NCBI GenBank assembly: GCA_965238005.1 | Contig: OZ250165.1 | Location: 4,192,001 to 4,256,000 of the forward strand | Direction of reading: 5' to 3' | From: Longimicrobiales bacterium | GTDB taxonomy: Bacteria; Gemmatimonadota; Gemmatimonadetes; Longimicrobiales; Gaopeijiaceae | Length of the DNA: 64,000 bases | In this document: positions 9,155 through 17,972 of the stretch, piece by piece | Position numbering within the stretch: position 1 is the first letter of the stretch | Layout of the letters: the number at the start of each line of letters is the position of its first letter | The notes under the pieces: model-generated | What the model was told of the DNA's origin: nothing | Databases searched by the model: none | Seen by the model: only the letters and a program-made list of their open reading frames with translations | Program-made: the position numbers and the translations under genes

Positions 9155-9844
9155 TTACGTCTCCGACTCCAAAACCGTATCGATCCATGCCCGTGTCGAG
9201 TCCACGAGCTCGTCCAGCACTTCTTCGTCGGTCCGCCCCGAGCGCTTCAGGACGTGGAAGCTGTGGTCGGCTCCCTCGACGAGGTGCAGCGTAGCCCTCT
9301 CTCCCAAACTTTCGCAAACCGGTGCCAGCAGGTCCATGGGGGCGAGCTTGTCGCGGGGCCCCTGGAGAAAGAGCATGGGGACCGTGACGTCCCTGAGGTG
9401 ATCGGCCCGTTCGACACCCGGCTTGCCCACGGGGTGGAGAGGGAAGCCGTAGAAGACGATGCCCCGCACGCCCTCCAGCGGCTCCCCGGCTGCGGCCATG
9501 GAGGTCATCCGCCCACCCATGGACTTGCCGCCGGCGAAAAGTGGTACGCCTCCGGCGATGTCACTGGCAGCCGCCACCGCGGACCGCACCGTTTTCAGCA
9601 AGACTGGTCGGTAGTCCGGTCTCCTGCTCCTCTTCTCCATGTAGGGAAACTGGTACCGGAACGTGGCGACACCTTGGTCCGCCAGCCGCTCCGCCGCGGC
9701 CTCCATGAAGCGGTGGCGCATGCCGGCACCGGCTCCGTGGCCGAAAACGAGGAAGCAGCGGGCCTCGGCCGGCTCGAGGAGCAGAGCCGAGACCTCCCCA
9801 GAGCCCTCCGTGGCCTGGAAGCGGTGCTCGCTAAGGGTGTGCAG
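9155..9844 (-). CDS. Alpha/beta hydrolase (dienelactone hydrolase-like); probable CTG start
   Basis: HGAGAGM, GKSMGG, GPRD, ADHSF; frame open up to an in-frame TAG at 9857-9859; GGAGG just upstream of CTG at 9844. Confidence 0.82.
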   Translation of the reverse strand: MHTLSEHRFQATEGSGEVSALLLEPAEARCFLVFGHGAGAGMRHRFMEAAAERLADQGVATFRYQFPYMEKRSRRPDYRPVLLKTVRSAVAAASDIAGGVPLFAGGKSMGGRMTSMAAAGEPLEGVRGIVFYGFPLHPVGKPGVERADHLRDVTVPMLFLQGPRDKLAPMDLLAPVCESLGERATLHLVEGADHSFHVLKRSGRTDEEVLDELVDSTRAWIDTVLESET

Positions 9845-9867
9845 CGGGCCCTCCGCCTACGGTCCGC

Positions 9868-11046
9868 TCACGGTACCTGGATCGCCACGGAGAACCGGGT
9901 GCGATCCCAATCGAGGTGGAGCATGCCGCCATCGGCTGTCTCCTCCAGCGAGATTGTGAAGCGCTCCAGCATCTCGGGGAGCGACGACATGCTCATCTCC
10001 ACCGTGGCGAGGTCGTTCGCGGGGTCATAGGCGGTTCCCCCCTGACCCGCCTCACTGTTGATGATCAGCTGCTGGGAGTCGGCGGAATACGTCGACCAAA
10101 GCGTGTAGCTTCCGGCCGGTACGTTCGCTCCCCCGATCACGAGGTCCCTGTCCGCCGTAAAGACCGTTGCCGCGTTCGCCCCTGTCCGCCACACCTCCCC
10201 GTGGGGCACCAGCCCTCCCCAGATGTCCCGGCCACGCTTGGCCGGCTGCGAGTAGGCGATCTCGATGGTGACACCCTGCACGGTTCCCTGGGTGGTAGCG
10301 GCGGGCGACGGGACACCGATGCCCTCACCGCGCGCGTCCATGCCCGCCCACGTGGCGGCCAGCCCGTCCAAGTCGAGCTCCGCCACCTTCTCGGTGACGA
10401 TGTCCACGGTGGTGGGCGTGGCGTCGGCGCCGAGAATGTTACCGTCCGCGTCGGCCCAGGCCTTCAGAGGGGCACCGAAGAAGGTGAGGGCCACCGTGTC
10501 GCCGGCCAAGCGCCCGACGGTGTTGTTCACGGGCCGGGGGCGGGTGGGGTACACGAACTCGACGGCGTATTCGTCGGCACCGGAGGCCTGGGCCTGCCGC
10601 ATCGCCTGCTCGAAGGCGAACATGGCGATGGAGGCCCCTCCCAGCGTCGGAATCGCTCCGGGCCCCACGTCGAAGACGTTCGTAACGGGGCTTTGCCCGC
10701 TGGGGTGATCCACTGTGGCGGTTCCGTTGCTGATGGTGGCCGTCCACGATTGGGGAGCGGCACCCTCCGGGTTCTCTGCCGGAGTGCTCATCTCGGCCTC
10801 CAGATAGGAGATGGTCCCATCCGGGCCCAGGTCCGCGGCATAGGTGATCCGACGGGTGTACGGCAGCCGTGTGACCAGCTGACCCTCGATCCGAGTATCC
10901 GTTCGCGTGAACGTCTCGATGGTGACGGTATCACTCCCCAACCTCGAGACGAACGTGGCCGGACCCGAATCCTCAGGCTCACACCCCATGCTCAATACGG
11001 TCAGGGCGATGACCCCCCAACCGAGATTCCTATTCACATATGACAT
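9868..11046 (-). CDS. DUF2911 domain lipoprotein
   Basis: C-terminal YSQPAKRGRDIWGGLVPHGEVWRTGANAAT; lipobox-like LSMGC. Confidence 0.85.
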   Translation of the reverse strand: MSYVNRNLGWGVIALTVLSMGCEPEDSGPATFVSRLGSDTVTIETFTRTDTRIEGQLVTRLPYTRRITYAADLGPDGTISYLEAEMSTPAENPEGAAPQSWTATISNGTATVDHPSGQSPVTNVFDVGPGAIPTLGGASIAMFAFEQAMRQAQASGADEYAVEFVYPTRPRPVNNTVGRLAGDTVALTFFGAPLKAWADADGNILGADATPTTVDIVTEKVAELDLDGLAATWAGMDARGEGIGVPSPAATTQGTVQGVTIEIAYSQPAKRGRDIWGGLVPHGEVWRTGANAATVFTADRDLVIGGANVPAGSYTLWSTYSADSQQLIINSEAGQGGTAYDPANDLATVEMSMSSLPEMLERFTISLEETADGGMLHLDWDRTRFSVAIQVP

Positions 11047-11071
11047 TTTCGCCTCCGTCGTGGGCAGCGGG

Positions 11072-11164
11072 TCATCCCCCAGCCGCCGCCGGTTTCGTAG
11101 CCTTCTTCACGCATTTGTCGTACCAGGCCAGGTACCGCTGCAGCCGGTCAGTGCGGTCCTCTAG
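11072..11164 (-). pseudogene. C-terminal remnant of a probable S9 family peptidase
   Basis: Reads RTDRLQRYLAWYDKCVKK...stop, resembling the terminal helix of S9 peptidases; begins at a CTAG. Confidence 0.45.
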
Positions 11165-11359
11165 TCTGGAGCGTCGTCGTGAATCCGGGCCTCACGGACC
11201 GGAATCCCCCTACCCTGAATCCACGATGTTGGGGATTGTGGCTCACAGGGCGAGAGCGTGCAAGCCGATGTCCGCCGTTCCACCGCCGCGGTCGTGCGCG
11301 CTCGCGTGGGTTGGCTCTAGGTTGTCGCAGCGAACAAACTCATCTACAGGAGGTACACC

Positions 11360-11818
11360 ATGCTTCGAGGAGCATTCGCGCTTGCCCTGACCGCCGCGGT
11401 CGTCGGTTACCAGCCACCCGCATCCGAGGCCGACGCCGCCGAGCCCGCCGTCCAGCAAGCCATTCCGGAGTACCTCACCCCGGGCGGCTCGAACCCGAGC
11501 AGTTCGCTCTCCGCTGGCGTCCGTTACGGAGGTCTGCTCTTCATGTCGGGCAAGCTGGGAGTCCGGCCCGAGCGGGGGATCGAGCCCGAGACTCGCGCGG
11601 CTCTCACGACGATGAAGAACCAGATCGAGGAGTTCGGATCCTCCATGGACCGGGTGCTGAAGTGCACGGTCTTCCTCGCCGACATGGCCGAGTGGGGCGC
11701 CATGAACGAGGTCTACAAAGAGTTCTTCCCGGAGAACAAGCCGGCCCGTGCCGCAGTCGGAGTCAACGGCTTGGCGGCCAACGCGCGCGTCGAGATCGAG
11801 TGTATCGCGGCTGCGTAG
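11360..11818 (+). CDS. RidA/YjgF family protein with signal peptide
   Basis: MSGKLG, KCTVFLADMAEW.AMNEVY, KPARA, VEIECIA; AGGAGG RBS. Confidence 0.9.
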   Translation: MLRGAFALALTAAVVGYQPPASEADAAEPAVQQAIPEYLTPGGSNPSSSLSAGVRYGGLLFMSGKLGVRPERGIEPETRAALTTMKNQIEEFGSSMDRVLKCTVFLADMAEWGAMNEVYKEFFPENKPARAAVGVNGLAANARVEIECIAAA

Positions 11819-11918
11819 GACCCCTTACCCGGGGCCCGCTCGGGGCCTCGGGGTCTGTGCTGCCGCGGGGAGGTAGGGACCATCGGCCGGGGGAATCCCG
11901 GACGGGACATTCAGAGGA

Positions 11919-12473
11919 GTGAGTCACATGAGTGATCGACCCTTGGAGGTCGCTACGCTAGGCGGCGGCTGCTTCTGGTGTCTAGAGGCCGTGTATGAGC
12001 TCCTCCAGGGCGTGGAAACCACCATCTCGGGGGCGTCCGGCGGCCACGTCCTGAACCCCACCTATCAGGATCTCTGCTCGGGACGCTCCGGGCACGCGGA
12101 GGTGGTCCGGGTCGAGTTCGACCCCGTTGTGACGAGCTATCGCGAGATCCTCGAGGTCTTGTTCGCCATCCACGACCCCACCACGCTCGATCGGCAAGGA
12201 GCCGACGTGGGGCCCCAGTACCGCTCCGTCATCTTCTATCACTCGCCCGAGCAGAAGGAGACGGCCGAGGCTGTCATTGCCGAGCTCACCGTCGACGGCG
12301 TCTGGAAGGACCCGATTGTCACCGAGGTGGTGCCCTTCGAGTCCTTCTATCCGGCCGAGGACTACCATCGGGGCTACTACCGGCAGAACGGGAACCAGCC
12401 CTACTGCAGGGTCGTCATCGATCCGAAGGTTGCGAAGCTTAGGGCCAGGTTCGCCCACAAGTTGAAGGCATAG
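11919..12473 (+). CDS. msrA: Peptide-methionine (S)-S-oxide reductase
   Basis: GGGCFWC, GHAEVV, HDPT, QYRSVIF, FYPAEDYH. Confidence 0.95.
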   Translation: MSHMSDRPLEVATLGGGCFWCLEAVYELLQGVETTISGASGGHVLNPTYQDLCSGRSGHAEVVRVEFDPVVTSYREILEVLFAIHDPTTLDRQGADVGPQYRSVIFYHSPEQKETAEAVIAELTVDGVWKDPIVTEVVPFESFYPAEDYHRGYYRQNGNQPYCRVVIDPKVAKLRARFAHKLKA

Positions 12474-12586
12474 CTGCTTGCCGTCGACGAGTTGATGGCT
12501 GCGTGTATGATGGCGGCAATCAAGTCCGATGCGCCGCGCCCCGGAGGCGACGAGCACGAGGCAGAGCGAGTAGGCTTCTTCCCCCC

Positions 12587-14488
12587 TCACCCGCCTTCGC
12601 CCGCCCAGGCCACGATGAAGCGCCCGACAGTGACGGCTTCGGGATAGCGAGCCTGTAGTGCCTCGAGCAGATCCGGCGCCACCGGACCCGAGTAGCTCGG
12701 CCGCCTGTTGACCACGATGACATCGACGCCGTGCTCGTCTATCTCGGCGAGGATGCGCTCGGTCCGACCCTCCGGGTCTTCGAAGAGGTCGTAGAAGGAG
12801 GCGAGCGGGTTCTTGAGACCCGTGAGGAAGTACACCTCGGGGCTGTCCGGAATGGCGAGAAGGTATTCGTTGCCGCCGTGCTCTTCGATGATCTCGACCA
12901 GCGTCTCGTACACGCTCTTCTCACCCGGCGACACGCGGATGCCCCGAGCCCGTTCGAGCGCGAAAGGCTCGGTCTGATCCGGTGGGCGAATGAACATCGG
13001 GTTCATGTGCAGGACGATCACTCCGAGTGCGAGCATGATACACACATGAACGCGTCCGCTTAGCCGGGTGTCGGCGTGGCCGCCGATCGAGAGGGTCAGC
13101 AGCACGGCGACCGGCGCGACGAAGAAGACGTACGGACTGGCGGGCGTGGGCAGGTGCACGAGCGTGAGCAGCGCCGTGGCCGCCAGCACGAGGAAGCGAA
13201 GAGGCGCGTCTGCCTCGCCCCTACCGTTTGCCAAGCCCTCACTAGCCGCCCGCCCCGCCGCAAGCGACCACGCGCCGGCCAGGACGAGCACGGGGACCAG
13301 CGCCCCGAGGTGGAGGATGACCTCGAAGTGGAGCCGCACGTTCCCCTCCAGCGCGAGCAGGGCGGCCAGCGCAGCGATCAGGACTGCCCCCGCGACCCGG
13401 CGAGCGGCGTCGCCCGAGCTCGGCGCTCGCGCGATGAGCCACACGGCGACGCCGGCGGCGAGGATGCCACGCGGGGTGGGGAATGGGGCCGTGACCCGCT
13501 CGAAACGCGCGAAGGGCAGCACCAGCACACCGTGCACCAGGTCGCCCAACGCGCCTGCGATCAGGTAGGGAACCGTGAGTACGAGAACGGGCAGGGCGGC
13601 GCCCGCGAGCAGAATCGAGGTCGACCGGGCGAGAACGGTGAATCTCGCGCCGGCCGAGCGGCCGGACGAAGTCCGCAGCCGGTCGAATAGCACCGCCACC
13701 ACCGTGAGGGTAGCCGTAGCGTAGTAGAGAATTCCCACGACTCCGCCGCTGCGGCGGGCGAACAGGAAGACGACGGCTACGAGCAGTCCGAGCATGACCG
13801 CGACGACGGCTCGGTACGACGTGTCCGAAGTGCGGGGTGGCTCGTCACCTCCGGTCGACCCAGCGGCGGCGGCTCCGGACGAGCTGCGGTCGTGTCCCGC
13901 GTGCTCCACGTAAACCAGGAAGAGAAAGGCCGCCGTCAGGAAGTAAAGGCCGATGATCTTGAAGGTGATGGACACGCCGCCTGCCAGACCCGCCACGAAG
14001 AGCCACGAGGCGCGTCCGGTGTCGAGATACCGGACCAGCGCCACCATGCCCCAGGTAGCCAGGAACAGGTTGTACCAGCTCGGCATGCCCTCCGAGTACA
14101 TGGGCAGGGTCAGCGCCGCTGCGAGCAGTGTGGCGGTCGCCGCCAGTAGGCGCGGGGCGTACCGGTTTGCCAGGTACCAGACCGCCGGAATCCAGAGCAC
14201 ATACGCGCCGTAGAGCACCCAGCGCATTGGCGCCATGCCGACCCCCGCGAGCGCGAACGCGAGTGCGTTCAGGAAGGCGAGGCCGCCGGTGTACACCTCG
14301 GTGAAGTCTCGGTGGGGGAGCTCGCCGGCGAGCACGCGTTCGGCGGCATGACCCAACGTGCCCGCGTCCCAAGGGAGCCACCCGCGGTAGAGATAGAGCA
14401 GGGCGTAGCCCGCGCAAGCGGCCCAGATGGCGAACGGAAGCCACCGTGCCGTGCTCAACCTTTCCAGCGACCGCTCCAAGCTCGCCAT
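12587..14488 (-). CDS. Polytopic GT-C fold (ArnT/PMT-like) glycosyltransferase
   Basis: More than 10 TM segments; DAG...GELPHRDF in the first outer loop; soluble C-terminal domain; same operon as a GT2. Confidence 0.6.
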   Translation of the reverse strand: MASLERSLERLSTARWLPFAIWAACAGYALLYLYRGWLPWDAGTLGHAAERVLAGELPHRDFTEVYTGGLAFLNALAFALAGVGMAPMRWVLYGAYVLWIPAVWYLANRYAPRLLAATATLLAAALTLPMYSEGMPSWYNLFLATWGMVALVRYLDTGRASWLFVAGLAGGVSITFKIIGLYFLTAAFLFLVYVEHAGHDRSSSGAAAAGSTGGDEPPRTSDTSYRAVVAVMLGLLVAVVFLFARRSGGVVGILYYATATLTVVAVLFDRLRTSSGRSAGARFTVLARSTSILLAGAALPVLVLTVPYLIAGALGDLVHGVLVLPFARFERVTAPFPTPRGILAAGVAVWLIARAPSSGDAARRVAGAVLIAALAALLALEGNVRLHFEVILHLGALVPVLVLAGAWSLAAGRAASEGLANGRGEADAPLRFLVLAATALLTLVHLPTPASPYVFFVAPVAVLLTLSIGGHADTRLSGRVHVCIMLALGVIVLHMNPMFIRPPDQTEPFALERARGIRVSPGEKSVYETLVEIIEEHGGNEYLLAIPDSPEVYFLTGLKNPLASFYDLFEDPEGRTERILAEIDEHGVDVIVVNRRPSYSGPVAPDLLEALQARYPEAVTVGRFIVAWAGEGG

Positions 14489-14489
14489 G

Positions 14490-15137
14490 TCAGTTGGAAC
14501 GTGTGCCGCGCACGAGCACGTGTGGATGCAGGTAGGCGCGGTCGAGGCGCTCGCCTACGACGTCGACGAATCCCGCATCTGAAACGTCGCGCGCGAGATC
14601 CTGCACGCTCTGGAAGTGGAGCTTGTCCCCCTCGGTGAGGTTTACCAGGCGCACCGCGAAGAACTCTTCTACAGCGGCGGGCCAGAACTTCCATCGGGGC
14701 CGAACGTCGAGTTCCTTCACCAGCAGGCTCCCTCCGGGTCGGAGGGCGTCTCGACACGCCCGCAGCACACTTCGCTTCTCCTCGGCGGGCAGCAGGTAGA
14801 GCACGTCGAAGATCGTGATGCAGTCGAAGTCGGCGCCGGGAATGTCCAGTGCTGAGCCTCGATGGAGGTCGAGGTCCGTGACGTTGGCACTTTGGGCGAT
14901 CTCGAGCTTTCTCGGGTCGGGATCAACGCCTGCCAGTTTCAGGTCAGGGCGTTCGAGTGAAAGGTAGGTGAGCCAAAGACCGGAACCGCAGCCCAGATCG
15001 AGCAGTCGGCCCCCTTCGGGCACGTGCGGCAGCACGGGATCGAACGGACTGATGCTCCAACGGATGAATCCGTAGGCGCGGGGGCCGAGGTCGAGGCCTC
15101 GGTACCTCGCGAGTACACGCCCCGCGCCCGCGGACAT
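14490..15137 (-). CDS. Class I SAM-dependent methyltransferase
   Basis: LLDLGCGSG, FDCITIFDVLY, LRPGG; ATG overlaps the upstream stop. Confidence 0.88.
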   Translation of the reverse strand: MSAGAGRVLARYRGLDLGPRAYGFIRWSISPFDPVLPHVPEGGRLLDLGCGSGLWLTYLSLERPDLKLAGVDPDPRKLEIAQSANVTDLDLHRGSALDIPGADFDCITIFDVLYLLPAEEKRSVLRACRDALRPGGSLLVKELDVRPRWKFWPAAVEEFFAVRLVNLTEGDKLHFQSVQDLARDVSDAGFVDVVGERLDRAYLHPHVLVRGTRSN

Positions 15138-15931
15138 CAGGCCGGCTCCGGGGTGGCTTCGTCGGACCGGCGTGCGCGAACGATCAGCCCGACACCCATT
15201 GGCAGGTCGCCGATGCGCATCAGTGACCCCTCGAGCGAGAGTAGTCCTGCCAGCATCTGGTTCACGGGCCACGGGGGCACGAAGAAGCCACTCATGCCTT
15301 CGTCGCCTTCCACGTTCTTCTTTGGCAACAGCCGCTGGAGCAGCCGCACCGTCGCGATCGCAGGGAACAGGAATGCGTTCACGTAGGTGAGCTGCTCGAT
15401 CTGCCAGCCGGTGTCGCGCACGCGTTGCTGCAGCTCGCGCCACCGATACCGCCGAACGTGGTGCACCGCGTCGTCGTGTGTGCTCCACAGCCACCTGTGC
15501 GCCGAGGTCATGAGCAATAGGTGCCCTCCGGGTTTGGTCACGCGGCGCATCTCCACGAGCATGCCGACGTCGTCGGGCACGTGCTCGATCACGCCGAGCG
15601 CGGTGACCAAGGCGAACGCCCGGTCTGGCATCGGGAGTTCGGTCGCCGAGCCCACCAGGACCTTCGGCCAGCCGCGGTCACGGGCGAACGCCGCGGCCGA
15701 CGGCGAGTAGTCGACGCCATACGGACGACCATAGGTCTCGAGCAGCGCGAGGTTGCCGCCGGTTCCACAACCCACGTCCAACACCTTCCGGGGCGGCTCG
15801 GTCTGCCGGCCCTCCCCCACTTCGCCCCACACGATCCGAGAGAGTTGCTTCCGGTAGATCTCCCGCATGCCGAGGAACCACCAATGGGATTCCTCGATCT
15901 CTCGGGTTTGCACGTACGCCAGTTCCTGCAT
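15137..15931 (-). CDS. Class I SAM-dependent methyltransferase
   Basis: EESHWWF, VLDVGCGTG, VIEH, KPGG, LWSTHDDAVHHVRRY. Confidence 0.9.
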   Translation of the reverse strand: MQELAYVQTREIEESHWWFLGMREIYRKQLSRIVWGEVGEGRQTEPPRKVLDVGCGTGGNLALLETYGRPYGVDYSPSAAAFARDRGWPKVLVGSATELPMPDRAFALVTALGVIEHVPDDVGMLVEMRRVTKPGGHLLLMTSAHRWLWSTHDDAVHHVRRYRWRELQQRVRDTGWQIEQLTYVNAFLFPAIATVRLLQRLLPKKNVEGDEGMSGFFVPPWPVNQMLAGLLSLEGSLMRIGDLPMGVGLIVRARRSDEATPEPA

Positions 15932-15934
15932 GGG

Positions 15935-16801
15935 TCAGGCGGCCAAGTCGGCGAAGGTGCTCAGCGAGTAGCCCTCTCGCTCGAGCGAGGTCCCTAGCTC
16001 CGGATCAGTCAGCGCGGCGGTCTCACCACTCCAGTCATATCCCCAATGGTACCGCTCCTGGAGTGAGCGCGACGTGACGCCCGGGTGCGCGACCAGCTCC
16101 GCGACCCCCCCACCGCCCTTCTCGGTTCTCAGGCCGCGCAGGATGCGATCGGTGCTCAGGTGTCCGCTGTGGCCCAACGCTGGGGTCGAGTCGGGCGAAC
16201 GGAGCGGCCGAAGCGAGGCGCGCCGCACGCTTTGCAGCACGTTCAGCCCGGATCTCATCACCATTAGAGTCTTGGTCGGCGTCCCGGCCCCGATCGGATC
16301 GAAGCGGGGAACGCGGATCCAGCGGATGTCGTTTTCGAGCGCCAGCTCCACGACGGCCGGCCAGATCGTGGGTAGTAGGTGAACGTGTTGGTGGGCGTCC
16401 AAATGGCTCGGCCGGATGCCGACCTCGAGCAGCTTGGCAAGTTGGGCCTCGATTTCGCGGCGCACCGCCTTTCCGGAGATCTGTCCGGTGAGCACCCGGC
16501 CGAACAGGGCCGAATGGTCCTTCGGAAACTGGCCGTCAGACCGGGCCAGTCCTCCCAGCGACTTCGCCGGCGAGAGCGGGCGCTCTTCGACCAGTGTGAG
16601 ATGCAGCCCGATATCCAAGTGGGGACACCGGGCACAGGTCGCTACGCCGTCCTCGAACGCCTCACCGACCACCGAGACCGAAGCGCTCGTGACGATGCCT
16701 TCCCGATGTGCCTTTTCGATGCCTCGGTTGATGTCCGTGTGCAAGCCGAGATCGTCGGCGTTCACGATGAGGATCCGATCGGCTGGGCCGGAGCCGGCCA
16801 C
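15935..16801 (-). CDS. YdjC/ChbG/HpnK family carbohydrate deacetylase
   Basis: IVNADDLG, GLHLTL, HLDAHQHVH, ELVAHPG. Confidence 0.92.
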   Translation of the reverse strand: MAGSGPADRILIVNADDLGLHTDINRGIEKAHREGIVTSASVSVVGEAFEDGVATCARCPHLDIGLHLTLVEERPLSPAKSLGGLARSDGQFPKDHSALFGRVLTGQISGKAVRREIEAQLAKLLEVGIRPSHLDAHQHVHLLPTIWPAVVELALENDIRWIRVPRFDPIGAGTPTKTLMVMRSGLNVLQSVRRASLRPLRSPDSTPALGHSGHLSTDRILRGLRTEKGGGGVAELVAHPGVTSRSLQERYHWGYDWSGETAALTDPELGTSLEREGYSLSTFADLAA

Positions 16802-17890
16802 TCACGCTTCCTTCACGGATGGACTGACGGGCTCGGGCTGGGACTCCGTCTCGGTCGTGGCTGGCTCTGGGGAGGGCCTCCCGGCGTCGGCCGCTTCCTC
16901 GGACGACGACGCGCGCACGACGTACGTCGGCCGACCCTTCGTCTGATCGTACGCACGCCCCAGGTATTCTCCGAGCAGCCCAATCCCAATGAGCTGAGCG
17001 CCACCGAGGAAAGTGATCGCGGCGGCTAGGGTCGCCCAGCCGGGCGGGGAGACGGCCGTCTCTCCCGTGATGAGCGCGTACGCACCCGCGACCACAGCGA
17101 CGACACCGTACGAGAACGAGAGGAAGGCGAGCGAGATACCGGCTACGGTGAAGAGTCGCAGCGGCAGGATCGAAAACGAAAAGACTCCGGTGGTCACCAG
17201 ACGGAGCAGCTGCCGCAAGGTGTACTTCCCCTCGCCGGCGAAGCGGGGGCGCACTTCGTAGTCGAGTCCGATCTGCCGGAAGCCGATCCAGTCGATGAGG
17301 CCGCGAAGGAACTTCTCGTGCTCCGGCATCGCAACGAGCGCGTCCACCACGGCCCGGTCGAGCAGACGGAAGTCGGACTGACCGAACTGCAGCTTCATCC
17401 CCGACACGAAGCGGAGCACACCGTACCCCATCTTCATGAGCAGGCGGCGGTGCAGCGAGAGCGCCTGCAGGGAGCCTCGTTTGATGGTGTACACGACGTC
17501 GTACCCGGACCTCCAGAGCTCCACCATCTCGGGCAGCAGCTCCGGCGGGTGCTGAAGGTCGGCGTCCATGGAGACCACGACGTCACCTCGTGCGTGCTCC
17601 AGCCCCGCCACGATGGCCGCCTGGTGTCCGAAACTCCGGGACAGCCTCAGGTATCGAACGTGCGGGTCACCCGCGTGCAGCTCTTTGAGAAGGGAGAGCG
17701 TGCCGTCCTCGCTGCCGTCATCCACGACGATGAGCTCGAAGTCGTCTGCGAGTTCAGTCAGGACCGCACACAACTCATTGACCAGCTGTTCGAGACCTTC
17801 GGCCTCATTCAGCGCCGGGGTGACGACCGTTAGCAGACGGGGGCGGGCCCGGCTCGGTGTTCCGGTGGGCGGGGAAGAGTTGTCGGACAA
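16802..17890 (-). CDS. GT2 polyprenol-phosphate glycosyltransferase (GtrB/ArnC-like)
   Basis: VDDGSED, RSFGHQAA, MDADLQHPP, DFRLLDR, two C-terminal TMs; TTG start after GGAG. Confidence 0.92.
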   Translation of the reverse strand: MSDNSSPPTGTPSRARPRLLTVVTPALNEAEGLEQLVNELCAVLTELADDFELIVVDDGSEDGTLSLLKELHAGDPHVRYLRLSRSFGHQAAIVAGLEHARGDVVVSMDADLQHPPELLPEMVELWRSGYDVVYTIKRGSLQALSLHRRLLMKMGYGVLRFVSGMKLQFGQSDFRLLDRAVVDALVAMPEHEKFLRGLIDWIGFRQIGLDYEVRPRFAGEGKYTLRQLLRLVTTGVFSFSILPLRLFTVAGISLAFLSFSYGVVAVVAGAYALITGETAVSPPGWATLAAAITFLGGAQLIGIGLLGEYLGRAYDQTKGRPTYVVRASSSEEAADAGRPSPEPATTETESQPEPVSPSVKEA

Positions 17891-17972
17891 GGGGATCTCC
17901 GGGTGCCGAGTGCAGTTCGGGGCGTGCCTACAATATGCGTCGCGCGACTCGAAGAAGGGTAGCAGTCTCCCC

